This document shows positions 12,725 to 19,924 of a stretch of DNA of 32,000 bases, in pieces (the stretch's first letter is position 1; each line of letters begins with the position of its first letter). Made by a program: the position numbers and the translations under genes. Below the pieces are notes generated by a model, which was given only the letters and a program-made list of their open reading frames with translations, ran no database searches and was not told the origin of the DNA. Origin of the DNA: a virus; IMG/VR virus record IMGVR_UViG_3300042453_005804, positions 1-32,000 of that record; one strand, 5' to 3'.

Positions 12725-12940
12725 ATGGACAAGGTATACATCGTCTTCGCCGGTGAGCACTACGCCTCGCACAACCTCGTCTCCGTCCACGCCACGGAGG
12801 AGGCGGCCCTCGCAGCAGCCAAGAACTACATGGAGACGGACGAGGACATCTCGGCCCACGAGTACAAGCCCGGCCGCGGCCACTCCTGGACGACGAAGTC
12901 CTGTCACTACGTGACGATCGAGACGCACTCGGTCGCCTGA
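12725..12940 (+). CDS. hypothetical protein, 71 aa
   Basis: Track ORF; ATG at +37. Confidence 0.65.
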   Translation: MDKVYIVFAGEHYASHNLVSVHATEEAALAAAKNYMETDEDISAHEYKPGRGHSWTTKSCHYVTIETHSVA

Positions 12941-13010
12941 CCTATCGGGGGGTTCTGCCCCTCCACCCCTGGGGGAGATTACCCATCAAATCCAGGGGTC
13001 CAACGTGGTT

Positions 13011-13024
13011 TGCAACTAGTTGCA
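13011..13024. promoter_or_regulatory. perfect 14-bp palindrome TGCAACTAGTTGCA, candidate operator
   Basis: Read directly; ends 8 nt upstream of promoter 9-mer 13033-13041. Confidence 0.6.
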
Positions 13025-13032
13025 TCCGCCCA

Positions 13033-13068
13033 GTGCAAAGTTCCTCGTCGAAAGGATATATTAGGACC
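13033..13068 (+). promoter_or_regulatory. GTGCAAAGT-type promoter, leaderless
   Basis: GTGCAAAGT-N15-TATATT-AGGACC-ATG. Confidence 0.65.
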
Positions 13069-13284
13069 ATGAAGAACGGTACCAAGCTCTCCGCCGGTCA
13101 GATGATCGTCAAGTCCATGGACGCGGCCGGCCGTACGGTCGACGCAAAGCTCTTCGACTCAGGGGTCCGCGGTCTCAAGAAGCTCTTCGGACGGACCGAC
13201 GACCTCTTCAGCGTCGAGATGTACCTCGTCGACGAAGGCCTCGATCAGGACATCGCGTCCGACATCGTCTACAAACACTTCTGA
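13069..13284 (+). CDS. hypothetical protein, 71 aa
   Basis: Track ORF 13033..13284 trimmed by the 12 promoter codons (MQSSSSKGYIRT). Confidence 0.65.
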   Translation: MKNGTKLSAGQMIVKSMDAAGRTVDAKLFDSGVRGLKKLFGRTDDLFSVEMYLVDEGLDQDIASDIVYKHF

Positions 13285-13299
13285 AATTGCATCGCCACG

Positions 13300-13335
13300 G
13301 TGCAAAGCTCAGACGAATCCTGGTATAACTGATCT
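13300..13335 (+). promoter_or_regulatory. GTGCAAAGC-variant promoter with 38-nt leader
   Basis: GTGCAAAGC-N15-TATAAC-TGATCT-ATC. ATC rather than ATG at +37; AAGGAGAA SD precedes ATG 13374. Confidence 0.6.
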
Positions 13336-13373
13336 ATCGGCTGGTTCGGAAGCCAGCCACCAAGGAGAACACC

Positions 13374-14138
13374 ATGTCGCAGATGAAGATGAACGTCGGC
13401 CTCAAGTCCTGGAAGAACGGCACCAACATCCTCGACCTCGAGGTCCCCGCCCAGCTCGAGCGCACGGTTCGCACCGGCGTCAAGTTCTTCGACGATGCCA
13501 TGGGTGGTGAGGGCATGACGCCTTCCACGGCTCTCCTCTTCACCGGTACCCCCGGCGCCGGTAAGACGACTCTCAGCCTCCAACTCGCGGACGCCATCAC
13601 CGGCGCAGGCAACATCTGCCTCTTCAACACCGGCGAGGAGTCGCTCTTCCAGGTTCGCAAGGTGGCCAAGCGCCTCGAGATGAAGCACGGCTTCGTCGCC
13701 GGCCAGGACACGCTCGTCTCGGACATCCTCAAGCACGGCGATGAGCTGCGTAAGAAGAACCCCGGTAAGCAGGTCTTCATCGTCGTCGATTCGCTCCAGA
13801 CGCTGGACGACGGCAAGTATAAGGACGGCTTCACCAACTCGATGAGCCAGGTTCGCGCCACGGAGATGATCACCAACTGGTGCAAGGAGACGTTCGGCGT
13901 GGCCATCATCATCGGCCAGGTCACCAAGGGTGGCGAGTTCGCCGGCAAGCAACAGATCAAGCACACGGTGGATGCCCACGCCCACCTCTACATCGACGAC
14001 AAGAAGAACTCGGAGACCTTCGGTGAGCGCCTCTTCGAGGTGCAGAAGAACCGGTTCGGTTGCTCCGGCAAGACCTTCATCCTCGGCCTCGAGAAGAAGG
14101 GACTCTACGAGAAGGGCGTCATCAGCTACAACGACTGA
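13374..14138 (+). CDS. radA: RadA/Sms-like RecA-superfamily ATPase (core domain only)
   Basis: Walker A GTPGAGKTT, Walker B FIVVDSLQ, GQVTKGGEFAG, and the RadA-specific KNRFG motif. No N-terminal zinc finger or Lon-like C-domain. Confidence 0.8.
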   Translation: MSQMKMNVGLKSWKNGTNILDLEVPAQLERTVRTGVKFFDDAMGGEGMTPSTALLFTGTPGAGKTTLSLQLADAITGAGNICLFNTGEESLFQVRKVAKRLEMKHGFVAGQDTLVSDILKHGDELRKKNPGKQVFIVVDSLQTLDDGKYKDGFTNSMSQVRATEMITNWCKETFGVAIIIGQVTKGGEFAGKQQIKHTVDAHAHLYIDDKKNSETFGERLFEVQKNRFGCSGKTFILGLEKKGLYEKGVISYND

Positions 14139-14146
14139 TCATCCAC

Positions 14147-14170
14147 GGGGTAGGGTAACCTACCCCTTTC
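14147..14170 (+). terminator. hairpin GGGGTAGG-GTAA-CCTACCCC followed by TTTC
   Basis: 8-bp stem with GNRA-type loop, 9 nt after the radA-like stop. The T tract is short. The loop region contains the same GGTAACC core as the hairpin repeats. Confidence 0.4.
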
Positions 14171-14172
14171 AT

Positions 14173-14186
14173 TGCAACTAGTTACA
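14173..14186. promoter_or_regulatory. palindrome variant TGCAACTAGTTACA, candidate operator
   Basis: One mismatch from the perfect site. Identical, in the direction of transcription, to the site at 4730-4743. Confidence 0.55.
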
Positions 14187-14212
14187 ACACTCCTCCAGCA
14201 AGAAAAAACTTC

Positions 14213-14422
14213 ATGCAGTTTCTCAAACGTCTCATCTGGTTGTTCTTCTACATCCCGCTCGTCACCAAGACCTACGTTCAGCTGGCGTTCTTGAAGGTCA
14301 AGATGTTTCTCTTCGGAATCAAGACCAAGATCGGCGCACTCGGGGCAGGCCTCGGGGGAGGATTGAAAGCAGGAGCAGGTGAGGCGAAACGCCTCCTGTC
14401 TGACCGCAACAAGCCCAGCTGA
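14213..14422 (+). CDS. small membrane protein, 69 aa
   Basis: Track ORF; hydrophobic N-terminal half, Gly/Ala-rich tail; lower GC; no clear SD. Confidence 0.45.
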   Translation: MQFLKRLIWLFFYIPLVTKTYVQLAFLKVKMFLFGIKTKIGALGAGLGGGLKAGAGEAKRLLSDRNKPS

Positions 14423-14453
14423 ATTCTCGGAAGAAAAAAAAGAAAAAACGTCA

Positions 14454-14489
14454 GTGTAAAGTTCTCGGCCAACAAGGTATAACAGAAAC
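14454..14489 (+). promoter_or_regulatory. GTGTAAAGT-variant promoter with 41-nt leader
   Basis: GTGTAAAGT-N15-TATAAC-AGAAAC-ATC; GGAAAGGA SD before ATG 14531. Confidence 0.6.
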
Positions 14490-14530
14490 ATCAACAGGCA
14501 AACAGCCTAACCCACGGAAAGGATTACATC

Positions 14531-15208
14531 ATGCAGACCACGAACGACACGAACCTCGACACGAAGCTCTCGGCCATCGACAAGGCGCTCGCGGCAGCCA
14601 AGGCCCGCAAGGCAGCCCGCCAGGCAAGCGAGCAGCCCGCCACGGAGGCCGATGCACCTGCGAAGCAGCCTAAGGCAAAGAAGGAAACGCATCCCGAGGT
14701 CGCGAAGTCGCAGAAGACAGAGGCTCTGAAGGCAGCCCGCGAGGCAGCCAAGGCAGCCCGTGACGCAGAGCGCCAGAAGCGACGTGAGGAGAAGGCAGAG
14801 GCAACTTCAGGTAAGAAGCCCGTCCACATGAAGAAGATCGAGACGGCTGCGGCAAAGTTGCCTGCGATGCAGAACGAGGTTCAGCGTTTGTTCGACGAGG
14901 CAACGACGAACTTCTCTGCAGAGCAGACGATGGCCCTTGCGCTCCACCTCCAGCACTTCAACAGGGCGAAGGCCACGGAACGAGCCCTCGGCCAGCGAGT
15001 CGTGGCAGGTGCCAAGGTCCGAATCATTGGTGGTGATCCACGGTTCGTCGGCAAGTTCGGTACGGTCGATCGTGCACAGCGGATTCGGTGTTACGTCAAC
15101 GTCCCCGGTGCCAAGCGTCCCGTGTACCTGTTCACCAGTGATGTTGAGGTCCTCCAGATCCAAGAGCCCCTCTCGAACGAGTCATCTCCCATCGCAGCCG
15201 TGGGGTGA
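14531..15208 (+). CDS. hypothetical protein, 225 aa (Lys/Ala/Glu-rich N-half, small beta-domain C-terminus)
   Basis: Track ORF with SD. The antisense and alternate-frame ORFs are low-complexity. Confidence 0.7.
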   Translation: MQTTNDTNLDTKLSAIDKALAAAKARKAARQASEQPATEADAPAKQPKAKKETHPEVAKSQKTEALKAAREAAKAARDAERQKRREEKAEATSGKKPVHMKKIETAAAKLPAMQNEVQRLFDEATTNFSAEQTMALALHLQHFNRAKATERALGQRVVAGAKVRIIGGDPRFVGKFGTVDRAQRIRCYVNVPGAKRPVYLFTSDVEVLQIQEPLSNESSPIAAVG

Positions 15209-15275
15209 CCACCATCTCGACCTGGGGGTCCTCATCCAGACTGGATCCCTTCGTCGAAACTTTTTTTGAGAAGCT

Positions 15276-15311
15276 GTGCAAAGTCCGCAGACATCCTGGT
15301 AGTATCTAACC
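15276..15311 (+). promoter_or_regulatory. GTGCAAAGT-type promoter with 26-nt leader
   Basis: GTGCAAAGT-N15-TAGTAT-CTAACC-ATA; AAGGAAA before ATG 15338. Confidence 0.6.
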
Positions 15312-15337
15312 ATACCTCCTAACAAGGAAACAACGCA

Positions 15338-16456
15338 ATGACCACCATGTCCGTCCGCACGTTCCTCAAGGTCTCCTCCAAGCTCCCCGTCGAGACCTCG
15401 GTCCTCCTCCGTGGCAACCACGGCATCGGTAAGTCCCAGGTCGTCCGCCAGGTGGCCAAGGGCTTCGGTCTCGAGGTCATCGACCGCCGCCTCTCACAGA
15501 TGAGCGAAGGCGACATGATCGGTCTCCCGTCCACGGATGGCGAGGTCACGCGGTTCAACCCGCCGGAGTGGTACAAGAACGCCTGCAAGAAGCCGGTGGC
15601 CCTGTTCCTCGACGAGCTCAACCGCGCCACCCCCGAGGTCATGCAGGCCGCCTTCCAGGTCGTCCTCGACCGTGAGCTCAACGGCTGGAAGCTCCACCCT
15701 CAGACGCGCGTCTACGCTGCCATCAACTCCTCGGCGGCCTACTCGGTCAACGAGATGGATCCGGCACTCCTCGATCGCTTCTGGGCCATCGACCTCACGC
15801 CGGACACGCAGGACTGGCTCACTTGGGCCAAGGAGTCCGGGGCCATCCACGAGAACATCATCACCTTCATCGCCGGCAACGAGAAGTGGCTCGACCCGCC
15901 CAAGGGCGGCGAGGCCTCGGCCGTCTCCCCCAGCCGCCGCAGCTGGGAACGTCTGTCCCACGCTCTGGTCTCCAACGGGGTCGCGGACCTCCCGGATGAC
16001 GCCCTCTTCTACCCGATGTGCCTCGGTTACGTCGGCACGGAAGCCACCATCGCCTTCCACGGCTACGTCAAGACCATCGACGCTCAGGTCACCGGTGAGG
16101 AGATCATCGAGGGCTACGCTAAGGTCAAGTCGAAGATCGCCAAGCTCGGTCAGGAGAAGCTCAACGTCTCCATCGAGAAGGTAGCCGACTACGTCACGAA
16201 GAACCTGAAGGTTCTCGACGACAACCAAGGTGCCAACCTCCGGGACTTCATGGGCGACCTCCCCGCGGAGCTCCGAGTGGCGGCCTGGTCGAAGCTCACG
16301 GCCGGCGGGGTCAACAACCTCGAGCTCGCCAAGTCGGTCCACAAGTGGTGTGTCAACCACATCCTCTCGGTCTTCGGTGTCGACAAGGGAGAGGCCGCAA
16401 AGGCCCTCACCCCGGCAGATACGAAGTCGGTGACGACGCCGAAGAAGAAGAAGTGA
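15338..16456 (+). CDS. MoxR/AAA_5-type AAA+ ATPase
   Basis: Walker A GNHGIGKSQ, Walker B LFLDELNRA, and the downstream EVMQAAFQVVLDRE sensor region typical of MoxR/CbbQ/GvpN-like ATPases. Confidence 0.8.
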   Translation: MTTMSVRTFLKVSSKLPVETSVLLRGNHGIGKSQVVRQVAKGFGLEVIDRRLSQMSEGDMIGLPSTDGEVTRFNPPEWYKNACKKPVALFLDELNRATPEVMQAAFQVVLDRELNGWKLHPQTRVYAAINSSAAYSVNEMDPALLDRFWAIDLTPDTQDWLTWAKESGAIHENIITFIAGNEKWLDPPKGGEASAVSPSRRSWERLSHALVSNGVADLPDDALFYPMCLGYVGTEATIAFHGYVKTIDAQVTGEEIIEGYAKVKSKIAKLGQEKLNVSIEKVADYVTKNLKVLDDNQGANLRDFMGDLPAELRVAAWSKLTAGGVNNLELAKSVHKWCVNHILSVFGVDKGEAAKALTPADTKSVTTPKKKK

Positions 16457-16460
16457 ACAC

Positions 16461-17021
16461 ATGCCACCCTTCCAGCGCGGACTCTGGGAGGAACGAGCCT
16501 GGGCCCGGTATGAAAAGCAGAGGTCGAAGGATCCTGCCACCGAGCCCAAGGCTCGGGCCCGTTTGGATGTAGATATAACATCCTCTGCGAGTTTAAACCT
16601 CGTTGTCACATGGTGTGCCTCCCGAAAAATAGAAGTAGAATTTACCAACAGACGTGAAGCAGGATCCTTCGTGTCTGACGAAAAAAAGATTTACGTCAAC
16701 TCCACTCAATCATACGAGAACCAACTCTTCATCCTCCTCCATGAGTGTGGTCACCTCCTCGTAGGATCAGGCGACGGGACGACCAATCCAAGGTTCACCT
16801 TAGGCTACCCTTCGATTTATGATCCAGCCGTCAAGGGCAAGTTCATCCACCGTTGTGCTGTCATCGAAGAAGAATTTGAGGCGTGGCACCGCGGCCGCAA
16901 ACTCGCCAAGAAATTGAACATAGAGATCAACGATATGCGTTGGAATGAACTGAAATCAAAGTTCATCAAGTCCTACATGAGGTGGGCTCTAAAAGACCCA
17001 GATTTCGAGAGCCACCCCTAG
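16461..17021 (+). CDS. ImmA/IrrE-like HExxH zinc metallopeptidase
   Basis: KKIYVNSTQSYENQLFILLHECGHLL fits the ImmA/IrrE pattern (I.vN....q.F.l.HE.GH). GC drops sharply after about 16570. Confidence 0.6.
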   Translation: MPPFQRGLWEERAWARYEKQRSKDPATEPKARARLDVDITSSASLNLVVTWCASRKIEVEFTNRREAGSFVSDEKKIYVNSTQSYENQLFILLHECGHLLVGSGDGTTNPRFTLGYPSIYDPAVKGKFIHRCAVIEEEFEAWHRGRKLAKKLNIEINDMRWNELKSKFIKSYMRWALKDPDFESHP

Positions 17022-17043
17022 AATAATTCTTTCATGAATATTT

Positions 17044-17667
17044 ATGCCCATGAAGGGCAACGGCAAACGCAAGTGGAAAAGCCTGACGTTGAAGGTGGAA
17101 CATCTTCGCCTCGAAATCGAAGACCACGAAGAAACGATGGACGACATCACCAAACAGTTCATGGAAGAACTTTCGAAAGTAGCTGACACAGAAGAACCTC
17201 CTGAACAACCCGCCTCGCCTGCGCCTCCCAGCCCTGCCACGACCGTCGTCGAAGATCGGACCGAAGGGGATCATACCTCTGAACCCGATCTTCCGACGCG
17301 CGAAGATCCAGAAATCCCAGACGAAATAAAAGCTCTTTGGAAGAAGATCGCCGTCGCCACCCACCCTGACAAGACCGGTGGAGATGTAGCCAAGTCGGAA
17401 CTCTACAGGCGGGCTGCAGCAGCCATGGCGGACGGGTCCATCGACGAGATCGTGGCCGTCGCACTAGAGCTAGGCATGGACCTACCTGAGGCATCCATGG
17501 CGGCGGTGACCAGACTGGAGAAGGTCGCAGGGGACCTAGAAGGACGCCTGAAAAATATCGAGAATTCCATCCTATGGCAATGGGCCTCGGCCCCCCAGAA
17601 AAAACGTGATGTCATCCTCGCGGCCTACATGAAGTCTAAAGGCATGAAACCCAAGAAAAAAGATTGA
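17044..17667 (+). CDS. J-domain (DnaJ-like) protein
   Basis: KALWKKIAVATHPDKTGGD carries the HPD tripeptide in J-domain helix II/III context. Start could be ATG 17044 or 17050. Confidence 0.65.
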   Translation: MPMKGNGKRKWKSLTLKVEHLRLEIEDHEETMDDITKQFMEELSKVADTEEPPEQPASPAPPSPATTVVEDRTEGDHTSEPDLPTREDPEIPDEIKALWKKIAVATHPDKTGGDVAKSELYRRAAAAMADGSIDEIVAVALELGMDLPEASMAAVTRLEKVAGDLEGRLKNIENSILWQWASAPQKKRDVILAAYMKSKGMKPKKKD

Positions 17668-17670
17668 CCA

Positions 17671-17706
17671 GTGTAAAGTCAAAGTCCAATAGGATACCAT
17701 TGGACC
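17671..17706 (+). promoter_or_regulatory. GTGTAAAGT-variant promoter, leaderless
   Basis: GTGTAAAGT-N15-TACCAT-TGGACC-ATG. Confidence 0.6.
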
Positions 17707-18195
17707 ATGAAGCCCAGGCCGAAGATCACGTGGACCAATCCGTCTGCGACACCCGCGGTCAAGAAGGCTCCTCGACGCCCCCGCCCGAGCGGCATCACTC
17801 GCGTGACCAATGAGCCATGGTTCTACCTTGAACCTCCGATGAGTGATGCCGCTCGGGTGGCGTGGGACGAGATCAACCAAGGATCGCCCATTACCTTCGC
17901 CACAGCGGCCAAGGTAGTGTCATCTCCTGGCTTCCCGCTTCCTGTCTTGAAGAAATCAGAAGGAACGCCCATTCTGACCATGCGGGGGCCGGTGACGTAT
18001 GCAAACATCCCTGGCGGTGAGCAACTTCCTCAAGGAACGTTCGCAGTGTACCTCGGCATGACCACCGTCAAGATGAAGCGTTCAGCAGGCTCTTCGCATG
18101 TCGAAGGTAATGTTGTTGACCGTGCATTCCGCACAGTCCTCGTCGGACAGAACAAATATCTCCTTGATGATCCGAATATGATTCGGACGGTGTAA
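17707..18195 (+). CDS. hypothetical protein, 162 aa
   Basis: Track ORF; ATG at +37. Confidence 0.7.
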   Translation: MKPRPKITWTNPSATPAVKKAPRRPRPSGITRVTNEPWFYLEPPMSDAARVAWDEINQGSPITFATAAKVVSSPGFPLPVLKKSEGTPILTMRGPVTYANIPGGEQLPQGTFAVYLGMTTVKMKRSAGSSHVEGNVVDRAFRTVLVGQNKYLLDDPNMIRTV

Positions 18196-18238
18196 AAAGA
18201 TACCCCGATGGGGTAGATTAAGAACATCCAAACAACAC

Positions 18239-18314
18239 GCCTACGTAGCCCAGTGGCAGAGGCAGTCGACTCAAAATCGATACAGGGTGGGTTCGAATCC
18301 CACGGTAGGCACCA
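18239..18314 (+). tRNA. tRNA with anticodon CAA (Leu codon UUG) on a class-I, Met/Ile2-like body; CCA encoded
   Basis: Acceptor GCCTACG/GGTAGGC (7-66 G.G mismatch), anticodon arm GTCGA-CTCAAAA-TCGAT, 5-nt variable loop, T arm GTGGG-TTCGAAT-CCCAC, A73. Confidence 0.65.
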
Positions 18315-18321
18315 CACAACA

Positions 18322-18531
18322 ATGAAGCTCACAAGAAGACTTCACCCCCGTGCAGAACTGAAGATCAACACATACGTGGTTATCTCTCGTGCGGTGGAGG
18401 ATGGAATCCATCGCGGTTGGAATCGAGCATTCAAGTACACCGAATCGCCGAGCAGTGATACGATCAAATCAGAAATTGAAAAAGAGGTTCTCAATTCTCT
18501 GACAGAAGTCATCTCTTGGCCGGAAGATTGA
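18322..18531 (+). CDS. hypothetical protein, 69 aa
   Basis: Track ORF 18253..18531 trimmed, because its first 23 codons overlap the tRNA. ATG 18322 is 7 nt after the tRNA CCA. Confidence 0.55.
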   Translation: MKLTRRLHPRAELKINTYVVISRAVEDGIHRGWNRAFKYTESPSSDTIKSEIEKEVLNSLTEVISWPED

Positions 18532-18541
18532 TTATAGTTAC

Positions 18542-18617
18542 GGGTCCGTAACTCAATTGGTAGAGTAGTCGCCTTTTAAGCGATAAGTTGTGGGATCGTA
18601 CCCCACCGGACCCACCA
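18542..18617 (+). tRNA. tRNA-Lys(UUU), CCA encoded
   Basis: Acceptor GGGTCCG/CGGACCC, anticodon arm GTCGC-CTTTTAA-GCGAT, T arm GTGGG-ATCGTAC-CCCAC (unusual A54/T58 loop). Confidence 0.8.
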
Positions 18618-18759
18618 TCTCCAGGAACGACGAATACTGGAGACTTAGATATATCTTGCAGCTGTGGACCCCGGCGTCGCGAGGAAAGCTCCTATTATAA
18701 GCAGGTGACCTCCCGGGCCACACATCGGGACAGTAACCATCCTCCAAAAAATTTCGTCA

Positions 18760-18773
18760 TGCAACTAATCGCA
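18760..18773. promoter_or_regulatory. degenerate palindrome-family site TGCAACTAATCGCA
   Basis: Left half-site TGCAACTA is intact and the site is embedded in the inverted repeat TCATGC..GCATGA. Lies 9 nt upstream of variant promoter 18782. Confidence 0.35.
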
Positions 18774-18781
18774 TGACCCGC

Positions 18782-18816
18782 TTGTAAAACAAAAAAAGAA
18801 AGAATACCATATGATC
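18782..18816 (+). promoter_or_regulatory. TTGTAAAAC-variant promoter, leaderless
   Basis: TTGTAAAAC-N14-TACCAT-ATGATC-ATG. The -10/ATG segment closely matches promoter 17671-17706. Confidence 0.45.
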
Positions 18817-19068
18817 ATGACAAACAAGAACAACAGCACAATCACAGCATACGTCGTTCGTGAGGCCAACAGCCGCCGCTTTCTTACCCGGCCAACGTAC
18901 AGCGGTCGAGTTCAGGGCGTCTGGGGTACGTTCGATGAGGCAACGACATTCGACACCCGCGAGGAGGCGCAGTCATGCGCGTCGAACATCAACTATCGAC
19001 GCCCAGACGGTTACTCAGCCTACTTTGCAGAGGTTCGACCAGTAGAGCGCCCAACGCGTCGCCGCTGA
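18817..19068 (+). CDS. hypothetical protein, 83 aa
   Basis: Track ORF 18811..19068; start moved to the second ATG (18817), which fits the promoter spacing (+36). Confidence 0.6.
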   Translation: MTNKNNSTITAYVVREANSRRFLTRPTYSGRVQGVWGTFDEATTFDTREEAQSCASNINYRRPDGYSAYFAEVRPVERPTRRR

Positions 19069-19080
19069 TTGCTGTGACTG

Positions 19081-19112
19081 CCTCCACCTTGCAGGTCGGG
19101 GTGGAGGTTTTT
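19081..19112 (+). terminator. rho-independent terminator
   Basis: CCTCCACC (19081-88) pairs with GGTGGAGG (19100-07), followed by TTTTT (19108-12). Confidence 0.75.
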
Positions 19113-19183
19113 CCGGGGTAGCTCAGCGGCAGAGCTGGCGGCTGTTAACCGCCCGGTCGTTGGTTCGATCCCAACCCCCGGAG
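19112..19183 (+). tRNA. tRNA-Asn(GUU)
   Basis: Acceptor TCCGGGG/CCCCGGA, anticodon arm GGCGG-CTGTTAA-CCGCC, T arm GTTGG-TTCGATC-CCAAC, G73. Confidence 0.85.
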
Positions 19184-19188
19184 CCCAT

Positions 19189-19262
19189 GTCCTTGTAGCT
19201 CAGTTGGATAGAGCAGTTGCCTTCTAAGCAACGGGTCAGAGGTTCGAGCCCTCTCAAGGACG
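19189..19262 (+). tRNA. tRNA-Arg(UCU)
   Basis: Acceptor GTCCTTG/CAAGGAC, anticodon arm GTTGC-CTTCTAA-GCAAC, T arm AGAGG-TTCGAGC-CCTCT. Confidence 0.85.
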
Positions 19263-19267
19263 CTGAT

Positions 19268-19339
19268 TGGGGAATCGTTCAATGGTTAGGACAGCGGACT
19301 TTGAATCCGCGAATTGGGGTTCGAGTCCCTGTTCCCCAG
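19268..19339 (+). tRNA. tRNA-Gln(UUG)
   Basis: Acceptor TGGGGAA/TTCCCCA (U1-A72, typical of bacterial Gln), anticodon arm GCGGA-CTTTGAA-TCCGC, T loop TTCGAGT. Confidence 0.85.
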
Positions 19340-19382
19340 CCGCCGATACAAATCACGTAAAGGTTGTATAGTAGAAAAGCTT

Positions 19383-19457
19383 GCGGAGGTAACTCAATGG
19401 TAGAGTCCCAGTTTTCCAAACTGATTGTTGCGGGTTCGAGTCCCGTCCTCCGCTCCA
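19383..19457 (+). tRNA. tRNA-Trp(CCA), CCA end encoded
   Basis: Acceptor GCGGAGG/CCTCCGC, anticodon loop TTTCCAA, T arm GCGGG-TTCGAGT-CCCGT. Confidence 0.8.
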
Positions 19458-19460
19458 CAT

Positions 19461-19542
19461 GGGGTATTGTCCCGAGCGGCAAAGGGGGCTGACTGTAAAT
19501 CAGCTGTCAAAGACTTCGGTGGTTCGAGTCCATCATGCCCCA
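19461..19542 (+). tRNA. tRNA-Tyr(GUA), class II
   Basis: Acceptor GGGGTAT/ATGCCCC, anticodon arm GCTGA-CTGTAAA-TCAGC, long variable arm, T arm GGTGG-TTCGAGT-CCATC. Confidence 0.85.
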
Positions 19543-19547
19543 CTAGA

Positions 19548-19621
19548 GGAACGTTATATCAGTTGGTTAGATAGTCTCTCTGATAAGGAGAAGGTCGGCG
19601 GTTCGAATCCACCACGTTCCA
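19548..19621 (+). tRNA. tRNA-Ile(GAU)
   Basis: Acceptor GGAACGT/ACGTTCC, anticodon arm TCTCT-CTGATAA-GGAGA, T loop TTCGAAT. Confidence 0.85.
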
Positions 19622-19626
19622 CAAAT

Positions 19627-19713
19627 GGAAAGATGGCCGAGTGGCCTAAGGCACGTGCTTGCTAAGCACGCGTAGGTGAAAACTTACCGAAGGTTCGAAT
19701 CCTTCTCTTTCCG
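19627..19713 (+). tRNA. tRNA-Ser(GCU), class II
   Basis: Acceptor GGAAAGA/TCTTTCC, anticodon arm CGTGC-TTGCTAA-GCACG, long variable arm, T arm GAAGG-TTCGAAT-CCTTC. Confidence 0.85.
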
Positions 19714-19747
19714 CAAAAACTTATGTGAATGAATATATAGAAAGTAC

Positions 19748-19818
19748 GGGCCCGTAAGCTAATGGGAAACTGGCGCCTTTGCACGGCGCACTTGTGAGTT
19801 CGATTCTCACCGGGTCCA
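19748..19818 (+). tRNA. tRNA-Ala(UGC)
   Basis: Acceptor GGGCCCG/CGGGTCC with the G3-U70 Ala identity pair, anticodon arm GCGCC-TTTGCAC-GGCGC, T arm GTGAG-TTCGATT-CTCAC. Confidence 0.85.
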
Positions 19819-19834
19819 CTAACAAAGATTTTAC

Positions 19835-19923
19835 GCCAAAGTCCCTCAGTGGTCGAGAGGACCAGTTTTGTAAACTGGCGGGATAAAACCCCACCGTGAG
19901 TTCGAATCTCACCTTTGGCTCCA
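19835..19923 (+). tRNA. tRNA with anticodon UGU (Thr codon ACA) but a 17-nt variable region; CCA encoded
   Basis: Acceptor GCCAAAG/CTTTGGC, D arm CCTC/GAGG, anticodon arm CCAGT-TTTGTAA-ACTGG, variable CGGGATAAAACCCCACC, T arm GTGAG-TTCGAAT-CTCAC. Confidence 0.65.
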
Positions 19924-19924
19924 T

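Noticed and set aside
12388-12928. Minus-strand ORFs 12388..12741 and 12686..12928, and plus off-frames 12506..12715 and 12618..12914
   Set aside because: They overlap the small plus-strand genes that have exact promoter spacing, and they read through promoter motifs.
13269-13985. Antisense ORFs 13269..13985 (238 aa) and 13334..13966 (210 aa)
   Set aside because: They lie opposite the radA-like gene, which has Walker A/B and KNRFG motifs. The antisense translations are Leu/Glu/Ala/Arg-rich shadows without motifs.
15494-16648. ORF 15494..16648 (-, 384 aa), plus 15537..16184 (+), 15319..15681 (-) and 16189..16581 (-)
   Set aside because: They overlap the MoxR-type AAA+ gene, whose frame carries clear Walker motifs. 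The alternatives are low-complexity, as is typical of high-GC off-frames.
18618-18781. A possible extra or degenerate tRNA or ncRNA in the 160-nt gap after tRNA-Lys (hairpin TCTCCAG..CTGGAGA; GTGGACCCCGG..CCGGGCCAC pairing)
   Set aside because: I could not fold a cloverleaf: there is no T arm or GTTC-type loop and no credible anticodon stem. It is left unannotated. It could still be a processed spacer or a small RNA.
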